A stretch of DNA of 62,860 nt, filler included, from Asterionella formosa (Eukaryota): assembly GCA_002256025.1 (NCBI GenBank). It is 13 parts of 13 records of this genome, joined end to end, with 100 filler letters (N's around TTAATTAATTAA, not from the genome) between each part and the next. Parts side by side here need not be neighbours in the genome. Positions count along the whole stretch, not along the records: positions 1 to 23,096 come from NKIB01002534.1; 12 more parts are not named here. One strand, 5' to 3'. The position numbers were made by a program, and so were the translations under genes. The notes below the pieces were generated by a model that ran no database searches, was not told the origin of the DNA, and saw only the letters and a list, made by a program, of their open reading frames with translations. Positions 11,710 to 23,196 of this stretch are shown one piece after another; within the stretch, counting starts at the first letter, position 1; every line of letters begins with the position of its first letter.

Positions 11710-14700
11710 ATGTTTTCGTGGTTTTCCTTGGGCAAGGACAGCGCCAATAGCGACAGACAAACGAAAAATGGGGCAGAGGAGACTTCATCGCTCACTGTAC
11801 TCTTGCCTTCCGCCGGGTCGACAAGCAACCCATCTTTGGTTAACATTCAGGGTTATGGGGCCGCGGAGAAGGGTGGGAAACTTCAGGACGACGACGAACG
11901 CTCCAACACTTCCTTGGAACTATACACGCCGCTCCAACCCGTGGAGTCCCTGGACCAAATCACTACTTGGAACGAATTTACTTCTCGTGCGTCCAGGCGA
12001 CGTCAGGGACGTTTTTTCCTTGTCGTTTCTATTACAGCAGTGCTTTTCATGGTGGTTTTTGCATTTCACAGCCGTGCATCCCACCCCAAGTCATCCTACG
12101 AGCCATCCAGCAGTCCGTCTTTCGATTCTCCCGCGGAAGAATGGACAAAGGCTAACAGCAGGCTTTCTTATCACAAGCCTTTGCCCTTTTCCGTTCTCGA
12201 CCCCGTCAAAGATCTCGGACTCAATTCTATTTCCCATGGGGAAGCAACTTCTCCCCCATCAAACATGTACCAAGTTAATCATACGGGGCCACTTCCGACA
12301 TCTGCTTGGTACCAAAACTTGATGATGAACAGAGGCGAACCAGGAGGACTCCAGAGGGTCTACACTTCTCCTCTAGTTTTGGACTTGTGTGGACCTATTC
12401 CAGGTCTTAGAGCCCACCCCAACCACATAGGCAGCAGTGTGACTGTCATGCAACTTTCTTATGAGGATCAGAATGGAATCACAATTGGAATTGGTCAAGA
12501 TCTTTCAAAGAGAAGCAATGTGTCCCTATCAAACACATATTCAGTTTTATCAACGACCCCGCTTGGCATCTCACTTCAGTGGGTAAGTCTTTTCGAAACC
12601 TTGTCGAGCGGCCAAGGAAATAAACAAACTCAACCTTTGTATCGTATCCACAGAATTCTTTTCCCATGACTTCGTCAATCGTGCGAGGAATGCCATTCAC
12701 TACTATGCACTATCCATCAGAGTCATTTGGTCAAGGTGACCTCCTTCCAACTATCAAATCGCAGATTCAGTTACGAGAGGACCCAATCGTTGATGGCTTG
12801 CATACAATGAGGTGCAACAGTAAAGGCACGTCTGCTCCCGTGCAAGTTTCCTCCAAGCTTCGCGTGTCATATAAAGAAAGTGATTTCACATGGTTGTTTT
12901 TCTTCTCTCAACCAGTGATGGTTAGATGCGTCTCAGTCATATTACCCGAGCCCAAAGAGAAAGCCGATGGACCACCAGGCGCCCTTGGACCCAAGCGGAC
13001 TGTGGATATTCAAGTTGTCAAAATTGTGGACTCCCAGTCGATGAATGAACAATTGACCATTCGAGCCGTCTTATTGAACAACTGTACGATCGGATTAAAT
13101 CCGCTGTACTGCCAAGGAGGTGCAAACGAGAAGTCTCGTATCGATGAATATGAAGAGGCTCTTGAAAAGGCGGCTCCATTCTATCCTGGACCTGCTACAT
13201 CGTTTCAATACAACGTTGACAGTGACAAGGACATGGCCAATCTGTATTTTGATTGGGATGTCCATAACATGGTCAACGCTACTAAAATGACGGGCGATCA
13301 GAATGATATTGACACCAGTGGTTTTGTCATGTTCGCACTTCCACACCATCTCGATCGTCTGGGCGACGAGTACAAAACTGAAACTGAGTATTGCAAACCT
13401 TCATTGATTGGAAAGATGTGCCTCGTTCGCGGGGATACTTGGGCATTGGAGGAACCACTTGTACCAATGAGCTTTCGAGCACCCCGGCCACCCAGGGCTT
13501 CCGCTATCAAACAATTGGCAGAGTCTTTGAGCAAGGATATTGATTTTCGGGTTCATGGTTATTTCCGTCGAGGTGCTGGCGACACATACTTTTCGGGGAA
13601 ATTGCTTGCCAAACACGCTCGTGTAATCTTAATCGCTGATGAAGTCCGAGAGCTTTGCAATTCTGTTTCTGTCGAATACAAAACAGCATGTGCCAACATC
13701 ACCCTTCCAAGCCAGAAGGATATGAAGGCTTCCCTTGATAGCCTCCGAGCCGCAACAGAAATTTGGATCAATGGCACGGCCGAGACCCCCTTTGTATACG
13801 AGTCCGCATGGGGTGGCGTTATAAGTTGCGGTTGCTACTTCAATGGTAAAACTCAGAAATGTGATAATCATTATCCTGAATGCCCCTCTGTGACAGACCC
13901 CGGCCTAAACTTTGGAAATGGCTTCTACAACGATCATCATTTCCATTACGGATACCATATCTATGCTGCTGCCACCGTTGCTTATTTCGATCGCGATTGG
14001 GGACGAAAGCACTTTGAACGAGTTCTCCTCCTTATCCGTGATTTCGCGAATCCATCGGAGTTGGATCCACACTTCCCTGTATTCCGACAAAAAGATTGGT
14101 ATCAAGGACATTCTTGGGCGAGTGGGATACCATTGCCACCATATCTGAACGGTAAAAATCAGGAGTCGTCAAGTGAATCAATTGCAGGTTACGAATCTGT
14201 AGCTCTGTTTGGAATGGCCATGATCGATGCTTGGGACGAGGTCAACGACACGAAGAAAGCCATTGCTTCAAGAGAAGTTCGTGACGTTGGACGAATGCTT
14301 ACAGCAACCGAGATCAGATCTACTGATAGATATTATCACATTCGACACATGGATGAATCGAAGGAAATTTACCCACGAGTGTTCAGCGAATATGTTGTTG
14401 GTGTCATGTGGAATATGATGGCTCAGTTCCAGACTTGGTTTGGTAGTGCACCCTTCCTTGCTTACGGCATTCAACTACTTCCCTTGACTCCTGTTTCCGA
14501 GTCACGAGATGACGCCTTGTGGTTACGAGAGATGTACAAATCATATGCTGACTCTTGCAACGGTGATCCAAACTGTGCAGGTGATGGTTGGTCTATCATG
14601 CAGCTTGCCATGTTAGCCAGTGTTGGTCATGTTGAATTTGCGATTGACCGAGCAATGGCAATCCCAGCGAAGGTCTTCACTTCAGCTGGTGGCAATGGGC

Positions 14701-15527
14701 ATAGTCTTTCGAATACTTTATGGTACCTTTCAACGCGAGCTGATACTGACCCAATTGAACTTCCACTAAGCGATACTATCATCGTGACCTCTTCCACATC
14801 AGTGGTTGATTCGTTCAAACTCACCAATTGTGGTTGCAACATTTCCTGCACTGAAGAAGTTCTGGATCGTGATGCTATGGGATTCTCTTGCGGTCAGAGA
14901 ATCAATTGGCTCATCAAAACTGCCGCCAAAACGGAGATTGATGCCTGCATAACTGTTGGAGGAAATGAGTTTCCAAACCAGTGCGGCCCTTGCAATCCTA
15001 ATCGATGCGACGAAAAACAATTTGACGGCGTTAGTGCTTCTGATGATTTCATAAATGCATACGGTCCCGACCACTTCAGCTTGAAGTGCCCACCGTGTTC
15101 GACCGATCAATGCCAAAGTCGACTGAACAATTGTCCACTCTACCCTCACGTCTTTGTGTGCAGCTCCGGTCCAAGCAAAGGTGGGTGCTCAGATCAAGCT
15201 TGGGATGTCGGACCTGGCCAGTGCCAAGAGTGCTGTGAGCTTACAACCTGCAAGGCAAAAGCACCTGGAAAGGCGTACGTCGAACCGGATTTCGAGAACG
15301 GCACAATTCCACTTCTTGACGAATCTAGCTGCCCTCCGTGCTCAACAGAGATTTGCAGGGGAACATTAAATACATGCAACATTGATAAAAATCCATTCCT
15401 TTGCGTGGATGGGAGAAGCCTTGGAGGTTGCGATTCCCTTCCCTGGAAGATTTCAGGCGACGATTGCCATGGATGTTGCAAGCTGTCAAAGGACTGCAAA
15501 CATGAGGAGGACTTAAATGGGGTCTAG
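11710..15527 (+). CDS. Endo-1,3-beta-glucanase, GH81 family, with N-terminal TM anchor and C-terminal Cys-rich modules; exons 11710-12582, 12654-15527
   Basis: YNDHHFHYGY, FRQKDWYQGHSWASG, GKNQESSSES catalytic motif; 71-nt GTAAGT...CAG intron 12583-12653 joins the two ORFs in frame; TM FFLVVSITAVLFMVVFAF. Confidence 0.93.
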
Positions 15528-15715
15528 CTGTAACTATATCATCCTTGAAACATGCACTGATTCTATGCACCGTTGCATTCATGTGCATACAGAATTCGAA
15601 ATTAACTAGTAAATTAATGTACAAGGCAGAACTTAAACATAGCTTGTGACTCTCATGATTGGATGATGCAACCCTTAGCATGCGGATCGTGTCATAGTGT
15701 GGTAAGACTACTTTG

Positions 15716-16456
15716 CTAAGACGAAGAGTACCAGAGAAGAGTATTAATTGGGTATCCCTTTTCTTCGAGTACGATATCTTCCTTGGGTCCATCTAAAAGG
15801 ACGGATAGGACACCACCACCCCTGGCGCCCCCAACGTCAACGCCTAGAGCAGTGGCTGTTTCAGCTACAAGTCTCCCATCATAAGCCGTACCTCCTGAGG
15901 CCAAGGGGCCAACAAATAGAGTGTCCCCTTCTGGTAAATTTGATGCAATGGCCGCGATCGACTGTGCAGTAACTTCTTTGGGAAAGAGTACAGAAATTTT
16001 CAAAGTGACAGCCAAATCTTTCATGTATTTGCACTGCGAAACCAAGTGAATTGATCCAGGAGTCACTCCAGGTCCCTGGTCGGCCTTTCGCTTTGTGGTT
16101 AATTTCAGCACTTGTAGAATAAGATTTGACTCCTTCCCCTCCAACGCATACACCACCTTGGCGTTAGTCAAAAATCGGGTTGCATCGTTCTCACGTAGCG
16201 GCTTGGGACTCCCGCTCGCTGTAATGAAAGTATGCGCGACCGGTGTTACATTGATATTGACGGCCCACAGCGGCCGTACAAAAGTGAACCAAGATAGAGC
16301 TGTCGATGAAACCGATAGAAAAGCGCGTCGATCGCTGGCTTGGTGCTCAATACTTGTGTCGACCGCTCTCCGTTGGACTTGGCTGGAGTAACTAGAAACA
16401 CCACATCTGAAAAGGACAATCCAGAGAAAAACAGCACCTGCAGCGACACGTTGCAT
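15716..16456 (-). CDS. Hypothetical plastid (probably thylakoid-lumen) protein, 246 aa
   Basis: ATG at 16456; signal peptide MQRVAAGAVFLWIVLFRCGVSS-Y, transit-like segment, then DRRAFL...PLWA twin-arginine signal. Confidence 0.75.
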   Translation of the reverse strand: MQRVAAGAVFLWIVLFRCGVSSYSSQVQRRAVDTSIEHQASDRRAFLSVSSTALSWFTFVRPLWAVNINVTPVAHTFITASGSPKPLRENDATRFLTNAKVVYALEGKESNLILQVLKLTTKRKADQGPGVTPGSIHLVSQCKYMKDLAVTLKISVLFPKEVTAQSIAAIASNLPEGDTLFVGPLASGGTAYDGRLVAETATALGVDVGGARGGGVLSVLLDGPKEDIVLEEKGYPINTLLWYSSS

Positions 16457-17703
16457 TTGAATGATAACTAGTATCGCAACCCTAAACAAAATGATAATAC
16501 GAATAATAAACACCAAGACCAATCAACTCATCACTATCAAAAAATGCACAATGTATGTTGTTCACCGTGTGTACCCTGGTACCAGGTACCAGGCTACAGT
16601 GGCGCCGTATATAAAACATTTACTTTTGAATATTTCATATGTCGAGTCTTTTTGATTACCGGTACTCTATCCTGCAATTGTCCTTCATATAAAACATATT
16701 TTGTAAACTTCCTTCAATATGTTCAATAGCCCCTACATTTTATTGCCGAAATCGAATGCCCTTTATTTAAGGGAATTTGACTACTNNNNNNNNNNNNNNN
16801 NNNNNNNNNNNNNNNNNNNNNNNNNNNNNNNNNNNNNNNNNNNNNNNNNNNNNNNNNNNNNNNNNNNNNNNNNNNNNNNNNNNNNNNNNNNNNNNNNNNN
16901 NNNNNNNNNNNNNNNNNNNNNNNNNNNNNNNNNNNNNNNNNNNNNNNNNNNNNNNNNNNNNNNNNNNNNNNNNNNNNNNNNNNNNNNNNNNNNNNNNNNN
17001 NNNNNNNNNNNNNNNNNNNNNNNNNNNNNNNNNNNNNNNNNNNNNNNNNNNNNNNNNNNNNNNNNNNNNNNNNNNNNNNNNNNNNNNNNNNNNNNNNNNN
17101 NNNNNNNNNNNNNNNNNNNNNNNNNNNNNNNNNNNNNNNNNNNNNNNNNNNNNNNNNNNNNNNNNNNNNNNNNNNNNNNNNNNNNNNNNNNNNNNNNNNN
17201 NNNNNNNNNNNNNNNNNNNNNNNNNNNNNNNNNNNNNNNNNNNNNNNNNNNNNNNNNNNNNNNNNNNNNNNNNNNNNNNNNNNNNNNNNNNNNNNNNNNN
17301 NNNNNNNNNNNNNNNNNNNNNNNNNNNNNNNNNNNNNNNNNNNNNNNNNNNNNNNNNNNNNNNNNNNNNNNNNNNNNNNNNNNNNNNNNNNNNNNNNNNN
17401 NNNNTTGTACGTGCAAAAACGTCCTCGTAGACTTAGAGTCTTGCGTAGGTATATTTTGCTGAATAATTCTCTGTCCGAAAAGACTCCAGGGTAAGTTCCC
17501 GCGTCATTACACATATTCTGATTGGTCGAATTGAATTTACTCACCTCCTGCTCCAGATCGGCTGGAGTACCCCGGTCTTGTAAAATTATGCCAGCCATAC
17601 TTGAACCACGTGTATTTGATGCTCTGTGTACTGGTACCTGGTAGGTAAAATAAGTTTCATCATCCATCGTCATTAACCAAGATTATGTACTACCGGTATA
17701 AGG

Positions 17704-18315
17704 TGTCAGAATGTGTCTGTTAGGCTGTTGATGTCGACAGGTGTCCAAAGACTAGGCAGTCTGAGGAATGTCTAAACGGAAATAGACAGGATTGACATAC
17801 GGTAGCAGAATAATCTGCAGACGAGCGGCGCAAGAAAGATCTTGACCGGTCATTCCAGGGCAGTACTGGAGCGCGCTAGAGTAGGCGCCATATATTTTAA
17901 CATGGTAGCGGGCTCGTTAGTACAAGTGGGACAAGGATATACGTGAAAACCAGAGGTCCACAGTTCGAGTCCTCAGCAAGAACAGAAAGAAAAAAGAGAA
18001 GAGAAAAAGAAGAAAAGAGACGAAGAAAAAGAGAGGGCACTATGAAATATTCCTGTAGGAAAGGATGTTTCGAGCATACACATTAAGATGATGTGGTATT
18101 TCGAACATCAACAGGGGAGGGTGTCAGAGTATGTCTGTTAGGCTGTTGATGTCAACAGGTGTCCAAAGACTAGGTATTCTGAGGAATGTCTAAACGGAAA
18201 TAGACAGGATTTATATAGCAGAATAATCTGTAGACGAGCGGCGCAAGAAAGATCTTGACTGGTCATTCCAGGGCAGTACTGGAGCGCGCTAGAGTAGGCG
18301 CCATATATTTTAACA
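17704..18315 (+). mobile_element. TRIM (miniature LTR retrotransposon): LTRs 17704-17902 and 18122-18315
   Basis: Two TGTCA...TAACA direct repeats (199 and 194 bp); PBS TGGTAGCGGGC at 17903; PPT AGGGGAGGG 18113-18121; 219-bp non-coding interior; flanks ATAAGG/ATCAGG (imperfect TSD). Confidence 0.92.
17911..17982 (+). promoter_or_regulatory. tRNA-like Pol III A/B-box module inside the TRIM
   Basis: A-box-like TAGTACAAGTGG 17918-17929; GAGGTC; B box GTTCGAGTCC 17963-17972; no clean cloverleaf. Confidence 0.55.
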
Positions 18316-20586
18316 ATCAGGTACCCTGGTACACCGTTACTCCGGTATTGGTCTATATCCCGGTATGTGCCTTTGAGTGTAGAGTAATATGCCTGTTGGG
18401 GGTAGAGTAATATTAAATCTACAAACAGCAACTAAGATTTAATATAAACGGATAAAAAATATCATGAGCATAAATTTAGGCATACTCCTGATGTATATAA
18501 GTGTTAACAAAATTATGTCTACATTCAGCAACAAAGATATGTGATAAATGTTCAAATATCATTTTTGTTTGTTCAAAATGGAACTCTATCTATCTGGTGC
18601 CGACTCCTATTTAATTCAAGTATTCAAATGGATACTCAAATCATGGGAACTCATAGCAGTAAACTCCCTGTTCCATGCCGTTTTTACAACCCTTGCAACG
18701 TTTTCTCCAAACTAGGGTTAAGCCGAGGGCCGCAACCTTTTCTGATGAAGGCACTTGTCATGTTACTCCTCTACTTCCTGACAATGTAACAAATCAGTAT
18801 CAACTGGTCTAACCACCAGCTTGTCCAATGAGGTGAAGTATGTTGCCAGTTGATTGTTGTTTTCACAAGGCATAATAGACACACACTACCATTATTCTTT
18901 TCCTGTTTCCCAACGCTAGCAAGCTACTTTTATCGAAACTCGCACGAAGATTGCAAAGTCTCCAGGTCGCAAACAATATGGGCAACATATCTCGCCAGCA
19001 TCAACAACATATAACTCCATTGCTCCGCCCCTATCAAGTTACTCAAACCTGTTCTCCTCAATTTTCCAAGCCACAAACGCCCACATCAGCCAGTAATTTT
19101 TCGAAGTATGCTGCTCCTCCTCCTGCCGGATATTACCAGAAGTCTGCACCACCAGGACCCCACCTCCACTATCAACAAGCTGTTGCTCCTCCAACTCCAC
19201 CACTAGTAGTACAAGTCAAAATCAAGCCAGAAACCCCTCCTCCAAATCGATTCATGCATCGGTTTCTGCTCCTTCAGGCCTGATCTGAAATTTTCTGGAA
19301 TTTCGTTTGCGATGACAAAAAAGTGTGAGTTGACAATTGTTAATGAAAATATGTTGACAGTTTTTCACACTATTTTTCCGCTGAACCATTTCTTTTTTCA
19401 CTTTTTATTCTACTCTCTGCTTGTCGTCATTGTCACGCCTTACCTTTCGATTTCCGTTTCTTACTTTGGTTGCTTAAAACATCGTGTCGAATTTTCGATT
19501 CTTGCTTGTTACAATCATGCATTCTTGTGTAATATTTTTCATGAATATACTAGTACCAATATATTCGGTCATCCATACTTTTTTGATGTGTCTGAACACT
19601 TTCCCTTGAAAATTCGCTCTACTCCTGACGTTGCTGGATGGTCCCTGCTGCTCAAACCTAAAATTGACTGCCAAAAAATCCGCTTTGCACCATATTACCC
19701 CTAAATAAAAATTATTTAGAGATGCCAAAAATTACTTAGATACCCACAGTTCTCATCGAAAAGCAAAACGACAACTAGTAGGGTGGGGATTGCCGATATG
19801 CACATGGGCGTGAAGCGCCCAGTACGAATCAATTTAAATACCAGTACCGGTACCAAAGGTGTGTTAATGTAGCTTCAATAGATGTAGCTACGGACCAGTA
19901 TTTTTGTAGGTGAGACGAAAGGCAAAGCAAATGAGGACATATGTGCCATGCAGACAAGCACCCCCCTCCAAAGTAGACGATAACAATAAGCTGTTTGTCA
20001 CATCTAATTCCTGCAAGGAAGCGGTTGTGATGGGTGAAGGATTAGCTACTAGCCAAGTGGCACGAAGGGGTTTATATATGTGGACAAGGCTCGGACATAT
20101 TTATCTCATTGTTTTGCAGATTCTTACAGAATTGGGCCATGGGAAGGCCTCCTAGCTGCCCAGGCCAATTTTTTCACAATAATTAAATCTAGGACCTACA
20201 TCCTCAATCACTACCTCTATTAGACGATCATATTTAGTCATAGAGCATGTCCTAGAACGTCAGGGATGACCATTCAAAACCCTTTCATTGTTGTGACCAA
20301 GGAACATCCTATCACACAATTCAGTGGCACTCACCACTATCATTCCTTGACACACTGAGCCAGTCGATCCAAAAAGAACTGTGTCTCCACTTTCATAAGC
20401 TACAAAGGGGATAAAAAGAGCCAAGGCCTCCTCCCCAGCTTGATGCAGCATAGTCTCATCCTCCTTCCATGTTTATCATTCAATGTAGTAAGAGTAGTAC
20501 TGCAAGTAACCATGCTATGCCTGTCTGACCACAGTCATGCTGTTAATGATGACTGAGGCAGGACCAGGGATTCTTGATTCATGAAA

Positions 20587-20710
20587 AGGAAAATGATATT
20601 TTATCTCCCTAATCCTAACCCTAGCTAACTTTAGACTCTTCCAAGGTGCCGGCAGCATCTGAAGAAAAGGCTTAGGGGTTAGGGTAATTGGGACGAAATA
20701 TCATTTTCCT
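20587..20710. mobile_element. MITE family B with telomere-like words
   Basis: Perfect 15-bp TIR AGGAAAATGATATTT/AAATATCATTTTCCT; internal CCTAACCCTA and GGGGTTAGGG; inverted relative at 46895-46995. Confidence 0.7.
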
Positions 20711-20721
20711 GTGCTAAATAA

Positions 20722-21071
20722 AAATTAGTATGTTTTAAAGCCCATTCATACTCCCCTCTTTCAAGGCAAATATTTCATTGTGCTATTTTTGTTAGCGTAG
20801 GTGAGTCCCCAACCACCTTTCACAAAAGGTGATCATCTTAGCTGCAGCATTCTTACTAGGTACTAGGGGAAACTCTGACTGCCTAGGAAGGCGGCACAAG
20901 CTGCTTGTAGGGGGGCAACCCACTATTTCTTGTACACTATGCATGAACGTGTGGGACGGTAAGGAGTGTGGAAGTCGAATCCAAAAATTGCTTCTCAAAA
21001 AAATTGCGGGAATTGAACCTCACAACCTCAGATCAAAGGCAACGTGCGTGCTTAACCACTAAGCCATTCCC
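20722..21071 (-). mobile_element. tRNA-derived SINE, copy 1
   Basis: Minus-strand head GGGAATGGCTTAGTGGTTAA (A box 21056-21066)...GGTTCAATTCC (B box 21009-21019); perfect 18-bp TSD TTTTCCTGTGCTAAATAA at 20704-20721 and 21072-21089; second copy at ~55835-56202. Confidence 0.85.
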
Positions 21072-21897
21072 TTTTCCTGTGCTAAATAATATAAAGCAAG
21101 ACGAAAATAATACACCAGACCAAGTAAATAGCAGGATAGATACCGCAGTATATGAAAAATATTCATGCTTCATAATATTACACTCTGCGGCGCCAGCAGG
21201 GCAAGCGTTCCCGGGACTAAATCGACTTACCGGTACTCTATTTGCTATTACCCGGCAGACTCTTGGTTAGTACCTGGTACCTGGTACCAGGGTACGTGGT
21301 GGTCTACATATAACTACCGGTACTCTGGATCTTGATTCTACGTATGAGTGATGTAGAGGTACTGGTACCAGGTACCATTGATGTGTCCTTGTGGTTTTTA
21401 TTATGTTAGTCCCGTTTCGTTGCAAGAACGGGATGCATCGTCTCGTATGCATACTATTGTCGTTGAACAATGATATACCGGTACGGTACCTCGTACCCCA
21501 ATGAATACCATAGTGGTAATCTATTATTGATGGTGGCCAACGTATATTTTCGCCCCCGAACAAAAGGTTCGAAGTGAAGCAAAGGGTGGCGTTGACGATA
21601 AGGGGCCGGTTCTGATCACCATCGGTTGAACGCATTGTACTTAAAGCGAAGAATCCCGTCTGCACCCATCAGGCATCCCCTTCTACATCGATCTACACTG
21701 ATATACCTCATCGTTAGTTCAATTACACTTGCCAATCACCATATCAATATTCTGTGAAGAGCAGCGCAAGTAGAAGTTCATGGTGATCCTTCTCTGGTTC
21801 CAGTCGGCTCATTCTGTTTGGCGAGTTGCAACAATCATCTCACAATTCGCAAATCACTGCATACAACAACGCTCAAAACCAATTCATTCATTTCAAC

Positions 21898-22503
21898 ATG
21901 GTCTTGTGTGAAGCTGGTATGCTCATCAACATTGCTAGTTCAATCATGATGAATGGGATATGCTGCATTCATTCCTTGGGAGAAGACGAACGTAGAATGA
22001 AGAAACAAGAACAAGTCCTCAAGGAACACTTCAAGAGGGAATGGGATCATCAATTCGTGCGTGAGGAGCAACGTCAGGAGCAAATCCGTCGTGAGAAAGG
22101 TTTAGATGCTGCTACGTTGTTGGCGGTGGAGCGTCGAAGGAACTTGATGGCTTCGAAATTACGAGCATCTCAATATTCCTCGATGAAGAGTAAGGACACT
22201 GCTGCATGCAAAATCAACAAGGGACTGGAATATGCATACAATCCAACGGTTGGCTTACAACGAGGCAGCTCCTTCAGAAAAGTGTATTTCGATGACCATG
22301 AAGTGCCGAAGCGAACTATTTTGCATACAAGTCGAACTCGGTCGGCTACATTTCCTTGCACTACAGGAAGCGTTAACAAAGTAACAGTCGATCACAACAC
22401 CGATGTAAACGTTTCTGGATATTCATCTGGTATCTCGTCTCTCTTTGACGAAGGTAGCGATGAAGAAGGTGACGATATATTTGAAATAATTAAACTTCAA
22501 TGA
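21898..22503 (+). CDS. Hypothetical protein, 201 aa (coiled-coil N-half, acidic tail)
   Basis: Uninterrupted ORF from ATG 21898 in AACATGG context; coding-like composition. Confidence 0.65.
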   Translation: MVLCEAGMLINIASSIMMNGICCIHSLGEDERRMKKQEQVLKEHFKREWDHQFVREEQRQEQIRREKGLDAATLLAVERRRNLMASKLRASQYSSMKSKDTAACKINKGLEYAYNPTVGLQRGSSFRKVYFDDHEVPKRTILHTSRTRSATFPCTTGSVNKVTVDHNTDVNVSGYSSGISSLFDEGSDEEGDDIFEIIKLQ

Positions 22504-22665
22504 TGGCAGTGCGCTGAAGAAATCTGTGCAGCAGGAAATCAAAATGGGCAACTAGCGATTCATATCATATGTACATGTACTGCCGAAAAGGAACTTCAGT
22601 ATTGCAAGTCAAAGAGAAACAAGAAATTTATAGTATCAATAAACATGGTAACTCGTTTAGGTCAG

Positions 22666-23096
22666 TTAGTAGACACCACCCCTAGCCTTTTCACCGTGGG
22701 CCATGCCGATATCAAGAGTGGGTAAGTCCACACCGTCAGCTTGGAGTCGATCCAGTATCTCGTTTTCGTCAGCTGAAGCTCCGTATCCGAGTCCTCCTCC
22801 CAGACTCGGAACAGGTCTTTGTCCGTACCAAGCCTCACCATACTGACCTACTATTGCTTCATCAGTGATCTCTTTCCACAAATCAAGCAAATGTCGAGTG
22901 TCAACGAAAAGGTCAAGTTCAACATCACCTTCGTGTTGACAGAGTGGCGAAACTGTTCCATCAGGACGAACTACAGAGAATCTAGGTCTTTCAATTCCAG
23001 GTAATGCAACTGCTACCAGATCGTTCTCAATGTAATCAAACGAGAGAGCAGAAACGCGTGTCCAGAGGACTCTTTGGATTTTTTGTTGATTTGAAA
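22666..23096 (-). CDS. Hypothetical protein, 5'-truncated by the linker
   Basis: Frame open from the scaffold end: ...DLVAVALP...RFSVVRPDGTVSPLCQHEGDVELDLFVD...YGEAWYGQRPVPSLGGGLGYGA; convergent with the upstream gene. Confidence 0.75.
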
Positions 23097-23196
23097 NNNN
23101 NNNNNNNNNNNNNNNNNNNNNNNNNNNNNNNNNNNNNNNNTTAATTAATTAANNNNNNNNNNNNNNNNNNNNNNNNNNNNNNNNNNNNNNNNNNNN
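23097..23196. other. Artificial assembly linker (44N-TTAATTAATTAA-44N)
   Basis: Six-frame stop spacer; identical linkers start at 46255, 47767, 49279, 50785, 52284, 53796, 55308, 56819, 58330, 59841, 61350. Confidence 0.97.

Noticed and set aside
2308..17673. Long ORF-track entries full of X
   Set aside because: Artefacts of translating through N gaps
18951..19283. Pro/Gln-rich ORF
   Set aside because: Low complexity, no clear domain; probably a TE relic
21005..21071. Functional tRNA gene
   Set aside because: No acceptor or anticodon stem; part of a TSD-flanked multicopy SINE
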